NCBI GenBank assembly: GCA_029882975.1
Contig: JAOUJW010000017.1
Location: forward strand, 6,250 to 70,249
Source of the DNA: Gammaproteobacteria bacterium
Lineage (GTDB): Bacteria; Pseudomonadota; Gammaproteobacteria; SZUA-152
Reading direction: 5' to 3'
DNA: 64,000 nucleotides
Positions 38,189-48,781 of this stretch are shown here, piece by piece. The notes below the pieces were generated by a model, which saw nothing but the letters and a program-made list of their open reading frames with translations, did no database searches and was not told where the DNA came from. The translations under genes were made by a program, and so were the position numbers. Each line of letters opens with the position of its first letter. Position 1 is the stretch's first letter.

Positions 38189-39984
38189 TGCTTAAGATAA
38201 TACGCCCCGCCGGCGCGATGGTTTTCTTGGTAGTCATCACTGCCATTGGACTGGTTTGGTGGCTATTGGCCGACTGGTTAGTAAAAGCATCCATCGAATC
38301 GGTCGGTACAAAAGCGGTTGGCGCTCGCGTAGAACTGGCAAGTGCAAATCTGACTTTTTCACCACTGGGTTTCCGTCTACAAAACCTGCAGGTCACCAAC
38401 CCGAAACAGCCCATGCAAAACATGATTCAATTCGATCAACTTGTCGGCTCACTGGAGTTAGAGCCCTTGCTTATGGGACTGGTGATTATCAAAGAAATGT
38501 CGGCAACCGGGATACGCTTGGATACCGTGCGACAGAAATCCGGTGCCATACAAAAATCCAGAACCGAAACCCAATCTGAACAACCGTCTACACAGAGATC
38601 AAAGCAGGACTCGTCCACAGAAAAAGATTCATTACCCAGCATCGATGAAATCCTCGCCAAAGAGTCCATTTCCACCTTGGACAATATCAAGGCTCTTGAT
38701 GATCACATCAAAACCGAACGTACGGATTTTGACAAAAACCTGGCGGCGTTACCGGATGAGGCCAAACTAAAACAGCATGAGAAACGCATTAAAGAGCTGA
38801 GCGAAGCAAAAGTAAAGTCCGTTGAAGAATTAAAAACAAGAAAACAGGAATTAAACACCGTAAAGAACGACATTCGCTCTGACCGTGATACTCTGAAAAA
38901 AGTGCGTCAACAGCTGAAAAATGCCAAAGGAGAACTTAAACAACAATACGAAGCGCTGAAAAATTCGCCCACTGAAGACTGGGATAAGATTAAATCTCGT
39001 TATGGACTCGATGCATCCGGCGCAAACAATATAACCGGCCTGTTGTTTGGCGAAAGTGCCCAATTGTGGCTAACGCGCTTATTGGCATGGGCCCAACAGG
39101 CCCAAAGCCTGTTGCCCGGTGATGACGGTAACAATACTCCAAAGTCCTTGCCTCCACCTCGCGGAACCGGCCGCTACATTAAGTTTGCCACAGCCAATCC
39201 CCTGCCGGACTTTCTCATACGCAAGGCAAAGCTGAGCCTGGAGATACCCGCAGGCAATATTGATCTTGAGGTGAATGACGCCACCAATCAACCCCATATT
39301 CTTGGCCGTCCCATGCGCTTACACACCTCGGGTAGCAATTTGAAGAATGCCGGCAGCGTCAAAATCGACGGAGTATTCGACCACGTCAAACCTCATGCGA
39401 CAAAAGACACCATTACCTGGTCTCTTTCCGGTTATAAAATGTCAGATGTTTCCATTTCCAAAAGCAGCAGTTTACCGCTTACCCTAAGCAGTGCGCTATC
39501 CGACTTTACCGGCAATATTGAACTCAAGGGCAAGGTGCTCACTGCGAATGTGGATGCTAAGTTTAACAACGCCAACTGGAGCAGTACAGCAACCGAAGGC
39601 ATGACCGGCCGTATCGCCAAATCCATAACATCCATCCGCCAGTTTGATCTGCTTGGAAAACTTCAGGGTACATTAAGCTCACCAAAGCTTTCTTTACGCT
39701 CCGATCTGGATCAACAATTAAAAGAAGCTGTTTCAGGACAATTGAAATCAGCCCAAAACGAATTGGAAGCCAAATTTAAGGCACGGTTGAATGACAAGAT
39801 TACATCTATGGCAGATCCGAGCAAAGAACATCTAGCCTTCCTCACTGACAAGGAAAACTCCCTGGAGCAACGAATTAATAGGCTGGAAAAAATGCTGAAG
39901 ACGGAACTCAAATCTGCCACGGATACCAAAAAACAGGAAGTAAAGGATAAACTGAAGGACAAGCTGAAAGGGTTTAAGTTTTAA
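38185..39984 (+). CDS. TIGR03545-like large envelope protein (N-terminal TM anchor, central coiled coil, AsmA-like ends)
   Basis: 599 aa. N-terminal TM (AMVFLVVITAIGLVWWLL). Long K/E-rich coiled-coil segment (aa ~150-260). Beta-rich C-terminal half. Confidence 0.5.
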   Translation: MMLKIIRPAGAMVFLVVITAIGLVWWLLADWLVKASIESVGTKAVGARVELASANLTFSPLGFRLQNLQVTNPKQPMQNMIQFDQLVGSLELEPLLMGLVIIKEMSATGIRLDTVRQKSGAIQKSRTETQSEQPSTQRSKQDSSTEKDSLPSIDEILAKESISTLDNIKALDDHIKTERTDFDKNLAALPDEAKLKQHEKRIKELSEAKVKSVEELKTRKQELNTVKNDIRSDRDTLKKVRQQLKNAKGELKQQYEALKNSPTEDWDKIKSRYGLDASGANNITGLLFGESAQLWLTRLLAWAQQAQSLLPGDDGNNTPKSLPPPRGTGRYIKFATANPLPDFLIRKAKLSLEIPAGNIDLEVNDATNQPHILGRPMRLHTSGSNLKNAGSVKIDGVFDHVKPHATKDTITWSLSGYKMSDVSISKSSSLPLTLSSALSDFTGNIELKGKVLTANVDAKFNNANWSSTATEGMTGRIAKSITSIRQFDLLGKLQGTLSSPKLSLRSDLDQQLKEAVSGQLKSAQNELEAKFKARLNDKITSMADPSKEHLAFLTDKENSLEQRINRLEKMLKTELKSATDTKKQEVKDKLKDKLKGFKF

Positions 39985-40117
39985 CATCGGTATATGTTTT
40001 GCATAAAATAATGTTATAAATAGTTTAAAGAATAATTAAACTCCTTGTAAGTTGTATTCTACTAACATTGAACCATAATTACTCATCATTACTCATCGCC
40101 GTTTACTGGAGGCTGTC

Positions 40118-41248
40118 ATGTCACCCACGTCAAACCTCAAACAGCGTCTTATAGTATTATTCGATGGCACCTGGAACGACCCGGAAGACCGAACCAACGT
40201 ATACCGAATGTCGCGATGTTTGCAGGACTTCGATGGCGACATTGCTCAACGTTTTTTTTACGACCCCGGTGTCGGCACCTCACGCACAACACGGTTTCGC
40301 GGTGGTGTTTTTGGGTACGGTCTGGATAAAAATCTATTACAGGGTTACGAATGGCTGGCCCGCCGCTACCGGGACGGCGATGAAATCTGGGTATTTGGTT
40401 TCAGTCGTGGTGCTTACACCGCACGCAGCATGGTGGGCATGATTCGAAAATGCGGTCTTCTGCATATCGTTACTGAAGATTTACTGGAAAAGGCTAAAAA
40501 AATCTACCGTGACAAATCGGCCAAACCGGATGACGACACATGCAAACAATTCCGCAACGACTACAGCCAGGAAGTTAAAATACATTTCATAGGCGTCTGG
40601 GACACGGTAGGCGCCGTAGGGGTACCCGGTACGTTTCTTTCCGAACGCGGTATATTCTCCTGGTACGACACCCAATTGTCCAAAATCGTCGAACGCGCCT
40701 ATCACGCCATGGCGCTGGACGAACATCGCGAAGCCTACGATATAGCCCCCTGGACCAACAAAGACGGAAAACAAAAACCGACTCAACTGGAAGTAGAACA
40801 ACGTTGGTTCATTGGCGCCCACGCCAATGTCGGCGGCGGTTACGGGGATGAACCCTTATGCGAGATTCCACTGGCCTGGCTTCAAGAAAAAGCAATAGCG
40901 GCCGGTTTAAAAATTAATCAATGCTGCCCCGCACCTGATGCTTGCAAAACACCCCCGAAAGACTCTTTCAAAGAATTTCTGGGCGGAGCATATAAACTAC
41001 TTCGCGGCTGGTTTCATAAAGGCGACGGCCGCCACTATCGACTCTATGATAAGGATTACAAAGGTAACCCAGCTATCAATGTAACAATTGATCCGTCCGT
41101 GTGGCAGCGCTGGCAGTCCAGCAGCGACTATAGGCCGCCCACCTTGACGCGAGCCGGTAAAAACCCACCTCCACCGCCACCAAAAAATCAGGGGGAAAGG
41201 ACTTCTCCCAAAAGTACTCCATCCACACTGGAGACCGAGCCGATATAG
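40118..41248 (+). CDS. DUF2235-family alpha/beta hydrolase (T6SS Tle1-type phospholipase-like fold) with Pro-rich C-terminal tail
   Basis: …LIVLFDGTWNDPED… near the N-terminus and the nucleophile elbow …VFGFSRGAYTARSM… (GxSxG), both as in DUF2235. C-terminal …PPPPPPKNQ…. No signal peptide. Confidence 0.65.
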   Translation: MSPTSNLKQRLIVLFDGTWNDPEDRTNVYRMSRCLQDFDGDIAQRFFYDPGVGTSRTTRFRGGVFGYGLDKNLLQGYEWLARRYRDGDEIWVFGFSRGAYTARSMVGMIRKCGLLHIVTEDLLEKAKKIYRDKSAKPDDDTCKQFRNDYSQEVKIHFIGVWDTVGAVGVPGTFLSERGIFSWYDTQLSKIVERAYHAMALDEHREAYDIAPWTNKDGKQKPTQLEVEQRWFIGAHANVGGGYGDEPLCEIPLAWLQEKAIAAGLKINQCCPAPDACKTPPKDSFKEFLGGAYKLLRGWFHKGDGRHYRLYDKDYKGNPAINVTIDPSVWQRWQSSSDYRPPTLTRAGKNPPPPPPKNQGERTSPKSTPSTLETEPI

Positions 41249-41280
41249 TGGTATCCGGTCAGTTTACTGCCGATGACGCC

Positions 41281-44049
41281 CTACTCAAACATCACGCGGT
41301 CTCTCTGCGTGATGAAGTAGTGCTCGTTGCCAACCGCTACCCTGATTTCGTGATGTCCCGCTGATGTGGGCGGAATCCAGGTAACAGCGGTTAGGTTTAG
41401 CATATTGTCCACCGCCCCAACCGAACAGCTGCCTCCGGTAACCCAGCATTTCACCCGCTGCTCCTGAGCCACAGTCGCTTCCGGCCAGGTCACCAGATAG
41501 GTCAAACTCTGACCTCCCGCGGATGCAGTGGTATACGACTGTGATAAAGTGGCTTTTCGTGGCAGGACTTGCAGCCCTCCGGTGTCACAGGCAGCGTACG
41601 CATGTTCATTCGTGAGGCTCACGCTTCTTGCAGTACACACTACGCCGTAAGCACCTATAAGACTCGGTAGCGTAGGGTCGGTAACATCAAAGGAAAATAC
41701 TGCCCCTGAAGTAGCCAGATAAACTTCGCCGTACTGCACTGTCACCCCGTAGGCAGAACCCGTGGTATCAAACGTGCTCAGAGTATTGGGCGTTTCAGGG
41801 GTACTCACGTCAACAACCAATAAACCACTGGACCCATCGGCCACATACACGTGGGAGCCCGAAACCGCCACCCCGCGGACCAAGCCAGTTGCCGTCGTTG
41901 CAATTTTAGCAACAAAGCTTGGATTCTGTGGATCGGCAACGTTGATAATGTGCACTCCCCGGTCATAGTTACTAACCGCGAGATAAGCGTATTCTCCCTG
42001 TACCGCCACATCCGTAGCGTAACCCGCGACCCTGTAAGATGCCGTCAATTGCGGCGAGTTGGGATTGGAAATGTCTATCATATGCAAGCCGTCAGCAAGC
42101 TCCCCGGTATAGATTCCGTCGACCATGTAGGCATGGTTGCCGGCCAATGTAACGCGGGTCGCAAAACCCAAGCTGTTGTACAAACCTGCTTCTGTTGGAA
42201 GGTTCGCATCACTGACGTCCACAACCTTAAGACCATATCCGTCTGTAACATAAGCGTGTTGGCTGGCATGCGCCACTCCCCAGGCATATCCCGAAACGGT
42301 ATGGTTGCCCGCCCACTGTGGAATGCTGGGGTTGCTAATGTCGACCAGATGCAATCCTGAATCGCCTCCACTCAAATAGGCAAGAGAATCGGTCACCACC
42401 ACATCAGTGGCATTTTGCACCTGGGTGTACTGCCCTACATAGCTGGGCAGGTCGGGTTCGGTAATGTCGATGATACGCAACCCGCCATAGGGTCCCGTTG
42501 TAACGTAAGCACGGTTTCCCGCCACTGCCACATCGCGTGAAAATGACCCGGTGTCATAAGACCCCTGCAGTACCGGATTACCCGGATCAGTAAGATCGAT
42601 AATTTGCAACCGGTTGAAACTTACCGCATAGGCCTTGTCGTCAACCAAGGTAAGATCGTTCAAATCCCCGGCTGCAGTAAAAGTCCTGGTGTGCGTTGGG
42701 ACAGTAGGGTTGGAAACATTGACAACCACCAAGCCGGATGCGCTGGCCACATAAGCATGATTGCCTGCCACTGCTATCCCCGTTGCGGTGCCCGATGTAT
42801 TGTAACTGCCTTGTATTACCGGAGCGGTGGGATCTGCAACAGAAACAACAACAAGACTGACACTGCCGTCGGCAAGGTAAGCGTAATTGCCACTGACGGT
42901 AACATCATAAGCATGACCGGTAGTATCAACACTGCCCGCAAGGCTGGGTGTCGCGGGAGTACTTATATTGATAATTTGCAAACCGCTGCTACCATCAGCC
43001 ACGTAGGCGTAATCACCCGCTATCGACACTGACACCGCCGAACCCGGAGTATCGTAGCTTCCGGTCAAGGTGGGCAACGCAGGGTCACTCACATCAATTA
43101 TTTGAAGACCGGCGCCGGTGTCGGCCACGTAAGCATAGGAGCCAACAACCGCGACACGGTTCGCGCCGCCGGGAGTGTTGTAAAATCCCACTGCCCTTGG
43201 GCCGACTGGATTGCTGATATCAAAGATATATAGGCCGGTTGTGTTGATTGTGTTACAGACCAAATAAGCGTAATTGCCCGAGACGACCACACCACTTGAA
43301 AAACTGCAACTCTTGTCGGACACCCAGAATGGATTCTCTACCAGACGCCGATTGGTGGTTCCCGTATAGGCATTGCTGCTCAACGTAACTGTTGCCGGTA
43401 GAGAGTCGGATATACCGTCATTCACAATGAGCCTAAACACCAAGGTATCGTTACTATTGGGCACCAGAAAGCGAGGTGCAGCAGTGTTTTCGTCTTGCAG
43501 AACCACAGGTGCACCACCAATCTGCAACCAATCATAGCTTAGACTATCATTGTCTACATCGTAGCTGGCGCTGCCGTCCAACACGAATGTTTCGCCCCCT
43601 ATCAGGGCCTGATCCGTTCCTGCGCCGGCCGTGGGAATATCGTTGACGGGGTTCACCGTAATACTGACCATGGCCGTCTGTGAGGTCTCGCTGCCGTTGC
43701 TTGCAGTAAAAGTAAATGCGTCAGGACCATAGTAGTTGTCATTGGGCGTATAGGTGCAGGCACCGGCCACATCGCACAGCAAACTGCCGTTTTTCACATC
43801 AGTTGTTACAGCGAATGTCAGGGGCAGATCGTCTGGGTCAGTTCCGGTCAAAGTGATGAGCAGTGACTCATCTTCGTTAACGCTGAGTCCACCCAGGTTA
43901 TGGGCGGTAAGGGATTGCGGATTGGGCGATTTATCATCCGAACCGCCACAAGCACTTAGTATCAAAAGCAGCGACACCACACATACAAACCGCAGAGCAT
44001 TACAAAACGGACTTTTGTGGCTAACCACTAGGAAAGGAACAATTTGCAT
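41281..44049 (-). CDS. Lipoprotein with PKD/K319L-like domain and LVIVD-repeat beta-propeller region
   Basis: The ORF extends to 44124; the likely start is ATG 44049 (MQIVPFLVV…LLLILSACGG lipobox). PKD-like …IPTAGAGTDQALIGGETFVLDGSASYDVDNDSLSYDW…. About 14 repeats of …G.YAYVADG..GL.IIDVS.P..P…. Confidence 0.75.
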   Translation of the reverse strand: MQIVPFLVVSHKSPFCNALRFVCVVSLLLILSACGGSDDKSPNPQSLTAHNLGGLSVNEDESLLITLTGTDPDDLPLTFAVTTDVKNGSLLCDVAGACTYTPNDNYYGPDAFTFTASNGSETSQTAMVSITVNPVNDIPTAGAGTDQALIGGETFVLDGSASYDVDNDSLSYDWLQIGGAPVVLQDENTAAPRFLVPNSNDTLVFRLIVNDGISDSLPATVTLSSNAYTGTTNRRLVENPFWVSDKSCSFSSGVVVSGNYAYLVCNTINTTGLYIFDISNPVGPRAVGFYNTPGGANRVAVVGSYAYVADTGAGLQIIDVSDPALPTLTGSYDTPGSAVSVSIAGDYAYVADGSSGLQIINISTPATPSLAGSVDTTGHAYDVTVSGNYAYLADGSVSLVVVSVADPTAPVIQGSYNTSGTATGIAVAGNHAYVASASGLVVVNVSNPTVPTHTRTFTAAGDLNDLTLVDDKAYAVSFNRLQIIDLTDPGNPVLQGSYDTGSFSRDVAVAGNRAYVTTGPYGGLRIIDITEPDLPSYVGQYTQVQNATDVVVTDSLAYLSGGDSGLHLVDISNPSIPQWAGNHTVSGYAWGVAHASQHAYVTDGYGLKVVDVSDANLPTEAGLYNSLGFATRVTLAGNHAYMVDGIYTGELADGLHMIDISNPNSPQLTASYRVAGYATDVAVQGEYAYLAVSNYDRGVHIINVADPQNPSFVAKIATTATGLVRGVAVSGSHVYVADGSSGLLVVDVSTPETPNTLSTFDTTGSAYGVTVQYGEVYLATSGAVFSFDVTDPTLPSLIGAYGVVCTARSVSLTNEHAYAACDTGGLQVLPRKATLSQSYTTASAGGQSLTYLVTWPEATVAQEQRVKCWVTGGSCSVGAVDNMLNLTAVTWIPPTSAGHHEIRVAVGNEHYFITQRDRVMFE

Positions 44050-44210
44050 GAGGTGCCTCGTTTGCCCTTGTCTGTTTTTAGAACATTCTGTCAGGATCTG
44101 GGCTGGATTCATAATTCTCTGCACTTGCAGGATACGATGAAAATATACTACCCATTCACCCTTTGTGTCAAAGCAAAACCGGGATCACAATGAGCTTCCT
44201 TGGTTGTTCT

Positions 44211-44270
44211 TAGTATGGTTGTTCTCGGCATGGCTGTTCTCGGCATGGTTTTTCTTATCCCTGTTTTTCG
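44211..44270. repeat. Four imperfect tandem copies of a 15-bp unit (tggttgttctcggca) upstream of the MscS-like gene
   Basis: tggttgttcttagta / tggttgttctcggca / tggctgttctcggca / tggtttttcttatcc, read directly. Confidence 0.6.
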
Positions 44271-44310
44271 TTAAACTAATATCGTTACCAATTCACCAAG
44301 GAGATATTTT

Positions 44311-44820
44311 TTGGATAAAGTACTGCAAACGTTACTTGACCAAGCTACGCTATGGGTTCCAAGAATGGGTGGTGCCGTCGCGGTCGTTCTTATCTTTTTT
44401 GTGATCTCAAAATTTATTAAAACTGCTATTAACAAAGGCTCTGAACGTATTGATTTTGATCGACATTTGGCAGCATTTCTGGCTCGCGTTAGCGGCATCA
44501 CCGTTGTCATAATAGGTTTTGTTACGGCACTGGGTACTTTGGGTATTAATGTGTCGGCAATTGTTGCAGGACTGGGGCTGACCGGCTTTGCACTGGGCTT
44601 TGCCTTAAAAGATACCATATCAAATTTGCTTTCCGGCATTCTTATTCTGTTGTATCGACCCTTTTACATAGGAGATACCATCAGTGTCTCCGGGTATGAG
44701 GGCAATGTCATGTCTATTGACCTGAGATACACCGAATTAAATTGCGAGGGGAAAAAGATACTGATACCGAATTCAAGATTATTCACCGATCCCATTACAG
44801 TGATTCAATCGCAACAGTGA
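44311..44820 (+). CDS. Small-conductance mechanosensitive channel (MscS family, short form)
   Basis: 169 aa with two TM helices, then …ALKDTISNLLSGILILLYRPFYIGDTISVSGYEGNVMSIDLRYT…, the MscS pore-helix / beta-domain signature. Confidence 0.7.
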   Translation: MDKVLQTLLDQATLWVPRMGGAVAVVLIFFVISKFIKTAINKGSERIDFDRHLAAFLARVSGITVVIIGFVTALGTLGINVSAIVAGLGLTGFALGFALKDTISNLLSGILILLYRPFYIGDTISVSGYEGNVMSIDLRYTELNCEGKKILIPNSRLFTDPITVIQSQQ

Positions 44821-45022
44821 TTGAGGTGTAAAGACTGCTTACCATCATTTCCAACGACAGCGTAGACACATTCGTCGCCAGTACAGAATACATCGTGTAA
44901 CCATGTCGTATTAGGAATTTTGAAAAAGTCTCCACTATTCGTGGGTAGAACCAATTCTGCTCGACAGGTATTAATTTCACAAAAATGGTATAGTAATCAT
45001 ATCGAAGTCAAGATTACATCTT

Positions 45023-45760
45023 ATGAACAATAAACCCGTACTGTATCAATTCAGCATTTCCCATTATTGTGAGAAAGCACGTTGGGCATTGGACTTTAAG
45101 GATATTGATTATCAGATAAAAAACCTGCTGCCGGGCCTGCACCGTAAACCGATACTGCGTTTTGCGTCGGATACTGCTGTGCCCGTATTGTCCATTAATA
45201 ACGCCCATATTCAGTACTCAGACAAAATCATCGACTATCTCGATGCCAATATACCGGTCAATCCCCTAACCCCCTCCGACACCAAGCTGGCTGAAGAAGC
45301 GCGAGAGTGGGAGCATTATGCCTCCAGAATTATTGGTGAACCGTTGCGTTGTTATTTTTATCACTACCTGCTGCAACATCCTCCGCTGGTTATTCAGCGC
45401 TGGACACGAGGTGGACCTTGGTACGGTAAATTGTTTTACACTCTAACTTTTCGCAAAGTTCAACAGCTAGTACGCAAGGGCTACAAGATAAATGAAGATA
45501 CCGCAAAGGTCAGTCGCACCACCATTGAAAAAGCAATGGGAGAACTCGCTGAGCATTTGCGCGATAGAAAGTATTTGACCGGTGATCAGTTTAGCCGGGC
45601 CGACCTTAGTGTGTGCGCACTACTGGCACCCTTAGTACGACCGGACAGCTACGATACAAGCGTGCAATTGCCGGCGGAAATTGAGGCATTCTGCCAAGAG
45701 TTGCAAAACCATGCGGTATACTCGTGGGTGCGTGATATTTATCAAAAATACCGTCGTTAA
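45023..45760 (+). CDS. Glutathione S-transferase family protein
   Basis: N-terminal thioredoxin-like GST domain (…VLYQFSISHYCEKARWALDFKDIDYQ…). C-terminal helical domain. 245 aa. Confidence 0.7.
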   Translation: MNNKPVLYQFSISHYCEKARWALDFKDIDYQIKNLLPGLHRKPILRFASDTAVPVLSINNAHIQYSDKIIDYLDANIPVNPLTPSDTKLAEEAREWEHYASRIIGEPLRCYFYHYLLQHPPLVIQRWTRGGPWYGKLFYTLTFRKVQQLVRKGYKINEDTAKVSRTTIEKAMGELAEHLRDRKYLTGDQFSRADLSVCALLAPLVRPDSYDTSVQLPAEIEAFCQELQNHAVYSWVRDIYQKYRR

Positions 45761-45857
45761 AAAACCGGGGCCAAAAAAAACCGCACAAACCTACTCCTAA
45801 CCGCTTTGTTTTTACTTTACTCAAGTACGAAATCTTAATCTCTTAATCTTGTAGTCC

Positions 45858-48293
45858 TTATGGTATTTGAACAAAACTCTTCACAAAGATTTTGTTAATA
45901 TACGGCTGACCGGCAATATACTGAGCTCTTCCCGTAATTATAATTCTGTCGTTATCCAGAACCAGTGCGCTGGTAAACTCTTCAGGGGTATTGGCTTGCA
46001 TGCGATGATAATCATATCCTTCCAGAAAGCCGTTTTCACTGTATCGAAGTAACATAGTATCGCTGCGGTTTTCTGACTGATAGTTACCGTAAGCCGCGAC
46101 AATAATCTTGTTATCCGGTAAAACGGCAAGATCAGCGGCAACCGTAGTAATACCGCTCGAATCCAGTAACTGGTCATTATAACCCATTCGCAAGCTATGG
46201 ATATTATTGATATCAGGATCAACCGGGCCGAAACCGGTAGAAGGAGAATCATCCAATGCCCCTTCCGCGGTGAGTCGAATCAGTATTTCACGAGTCGGGA
46301 TGTTTCCTGAATAGGGACGCATACGCGCTAAAATTAATATTTTGTTGTCCGGTGTTTTTTTCATTCCTATAGCGTTACTGAGCGTAAAAGAACGGGCGCT
46401 ACTGTAGTGTAACTTGTCACGAAGCAAGTAAGTGGCGCCACGAGCCCCCGAAGAAGAGTAGTGCCAAACAATCAGACCACTTCCTCCAGTTCCTCCTAAT
46501 ACAATGATGTTACCCGTGTCGGTAAGCTCTATGAAAGATCCTGTGTCATAGACTTCTGGCTCATTGATATTTCTACCCAACCCATTTCGAACTACATAAC
46601 CTCGCCGTATTGTAGGATCATCAGGATCCGTAAGTCCGAAAGTGGTGTCCGGCTCACCTATTGGCGTAAGTTTCCAAAGGATCATATCATCGACGCTGCT
46701 GCCAATGGTTGGTCGAAGACCACGTGTCCCGGTTGCCAGAATACTGTCATCCCCCGTCAATATGACATCATTTAATCTATCTGCGTTACTCCCATAGGGA
46801 AGTAAGGTATAACCCAAACGTTGTCCTACATTGTTTCTATCCACGTCGCCAAATCCGGTATCGAGAAAGCCGTCGGCAGTGAAACGCCAAACAGCACTTC
46901 TGCGAGCGCCAGAAGCTGATTTTATGTAACCCACTATAACAATTTTGTTATCACTGGTGATGTCAACCGCCTTTACCTGCTCCCACCCGCCTCCATTCAC
47001 TGTATTGTGGCCAGTGCTGTAACCCAGCCGTTTGTTACTGTTGTTGGGATCGACAGGACCAAAACCTGTCTCCAGGTCGGTATCCAATAGACCATCGGAA
47101 GTGTAGCGCCAGATTATTAAATCAACATAATTTATGCCCCCTTCCCGATTGCCCCCCACAACAACCAGCTTCTTGTCATTAGTCAGTGCAGAATCTTCAA
47201 TCCTGTCCATACTTTGAATATTTGAGTTGGTATATCCTAGCCGTTGATTGAGGTTGATAGAGTCAACTTCACCAAAACTGGTATCGGGTATAACGATGTG
47301 TTTTATCAGATGAACACGAAGCGCTTGTTCGCTGGAAAGTCCCCCATCATCGACGGTTAACGTGATATTAAAGGTATTGTTTACATGCGTATCATCATAC
47401 GATGGCGCATCAATAAACCGCAGTACACCAGTGTTCGAAACAGTGAACAAATTTCTGTCTGCGCCGCTAACCTGATAGCTGAGCGTAATATCTCCATCTT
47501 CATCAACAACGTCTATTTGCTGCACAAAGGTGTTGTTCTCGTAGGTGTTAACCTCATTACGAGAAACGATAGTCGGGGCATCATTCTCGTCCAGCACTTC
47601 AACAAATATATTATTGGTTGAGGAAAGTGAACCGTCACTGACGGAAATACTTATTTCATAGATGTTATCGTTATTACTGTCCCTGGGTGACTCATAATTT
47701 GGCGGGACTGCAAAAGACAACACGCCTTCACTTGATATATCAAAATCTGCTTCGTCACTACCGCCAATTGTAATAGTTATGGCCTCTTCCTCTTTATCGG
47801 TAGCGATAATGTTTACCACTTGGGTAGTGTTTTCTGCCACTTTTAAGCGGTTGCCGTTCAAAATCACCGGCGCACTGTTGGCAGGCGTATCAGGAGGGAC
47901 ATCGATAACCACTATGCTCAGATCAAAAGTTGTCGACTGGCTGTCATTACTAACACTGATACGGGTTTCATAAATATTGTCTGCATTTTCATCTAGTGCA
48001 TTTTCAAAATCCGGCGCACTTCTAAACTGCAATACTCCCGCTGAATTTATTGTAAGTAGGGCGGAATCCGCAAGTGTATTGTCCAGGGAAAAGGAGAGAG
48101 TTTGCTCGTTGCTGCCTACATTAACCTTCATTACCTCGATGGTGTTTTCCTGAACCTCAATGATGCTGACCTTGGTTATTTCCGGCGAATTATTGGAATT
48201 TGGTACGGTGGGTTCGGTATCACCGCCGCCACCCCCGCAACCACTCAAAAGGATGATGGATAGAACAGATATTGTACAAAACAGGCGTAACAT
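45858..48293 (-). CDS. Lipoprotein: three cadherin-like domains + delta-60-repeat beta-propeller-like region (paralog A)
   Basis: Lipobox LLSGCGGGGGD. Repeated ~100-aa cadherin-like units ending …DENDAP…. The C-terminal half has repeats with …DG(L/F)LDT.(F)G…-type motifs (…DGLLDTDLETGFGPVD…, …DGFLDTGFGDVD…), which I recognise as TIGR02608-type 'delta-60' repeats. Confidence 0.75.
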   Translation of the reverse strand: MLRLFCTISVLSIILLSGCGGGGGDTEPTVPNSNNSPEITKVSIIEVQENTIEVMKVNVGSNEQTLSFSLDNTLADSALLTINSAGVLQFRSAPDFENALDENADNIYETRISVSNDSQSTTFDLSIVVIDVPPDTPANSAPVILNGNRLKVAENTTQVVNIIATDKEEEAITITIGGSDEADFDISSEGVLSFAVPPNYESPRDSNNDNIYEISISVSDGSLSSTNNIFVEVLDENDAPTIVSRNEVNTYENNTFVQQIDVVDEDGDITLSYQVSGADRNLFTVSNTGVLRFIDAPSYDDTHVNNTFNITLTVDDGGLSSEQALRVHLIKHIVIPDTSFGEVDSINLNQRLGYTNSNIQSMDRIEDSALTNDKKLVVVGGNREGGINYVDLIIWRYTSDGLLDTDLETGFGPVDPNNSNKRLGYSTGHNTVNGGGWEQVKAVDITSDNKIVIVGYIKSASGARRSAVWRFTADGFLDTGFGDVDRNNVGQRLGYTLLPYGSNADRLNDVILTGDDSILATGTRGLRPTIGSSVDDMILWKLTPIGEPDTTFGLTDPDDPTIRRGYVVRNGLGRNINEPEVYDTGSFIELTDTGNIIVLGGTGGSGLIVWHYSSSGARGATYLLRDKLHYSSARSFTLSNAIGMKKTPDNKILILARMRPYSGNIPTREILIRLTAEGALDDSPSTGFGPVDPDINNIHSLRMGYNDQLLDSSGITTVAADLAVLPDNKIIVAAYGNYQSENRSDTMLLRYSENGFLEGYDYHRMQANTPEEFTSALVLDNDRIIITGRAQYIAGQPYINKIFVKSFVQIP

Positions 48294-48781
48294 TAAAGTA
48301 CACTCCGATGATTGATCTGATTAACTAGACTCAAAAAAGTGAAACTGAGGTGGACCCCAAGTTTAGGACGGATACCAGGATATTCTATATGAAAACTTCT
48401 TTACTATAAACACTCATCGCCACGCACCTGATTATGAAAGCAGATTTTTCTTGCTGAAATTAGGTTGTCAAATAGCAATCCGGCAATTAGACGTTTGTTC
48501 TTGAGAAATTCACAAATTTTAATATGAATCTGCAAAATGTCCGATCTGTCGAAAAGTATAACGAGTAAATCAAGTCAGTCATTTCTTACTCATTCGCGCA
48601 TGAAAATATTCGATATTTTTAAGAGTCTAAAATTGGCTGACAACAGGCCCTACGAATTGTTGTTTATCATATGACTTTATCGCTTACGAATTAAGCTGTG
48701 GTGACAAGTCCCCAATACCCTCCTTAACTCGATAACCACCTCCTTTACCAAATGCCACCCACCCCAGTCAAACTATTATCT

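Noticed and set aside
44165-44404. 79-aa ORF spanning the 15-bp tandem repeat as a small hydrophobic-peptide gene
   Set aside because: It is created by the repeat itself, lacks an RBS and overlaps the MscS start. It was treated as non-coding repeat DNA.
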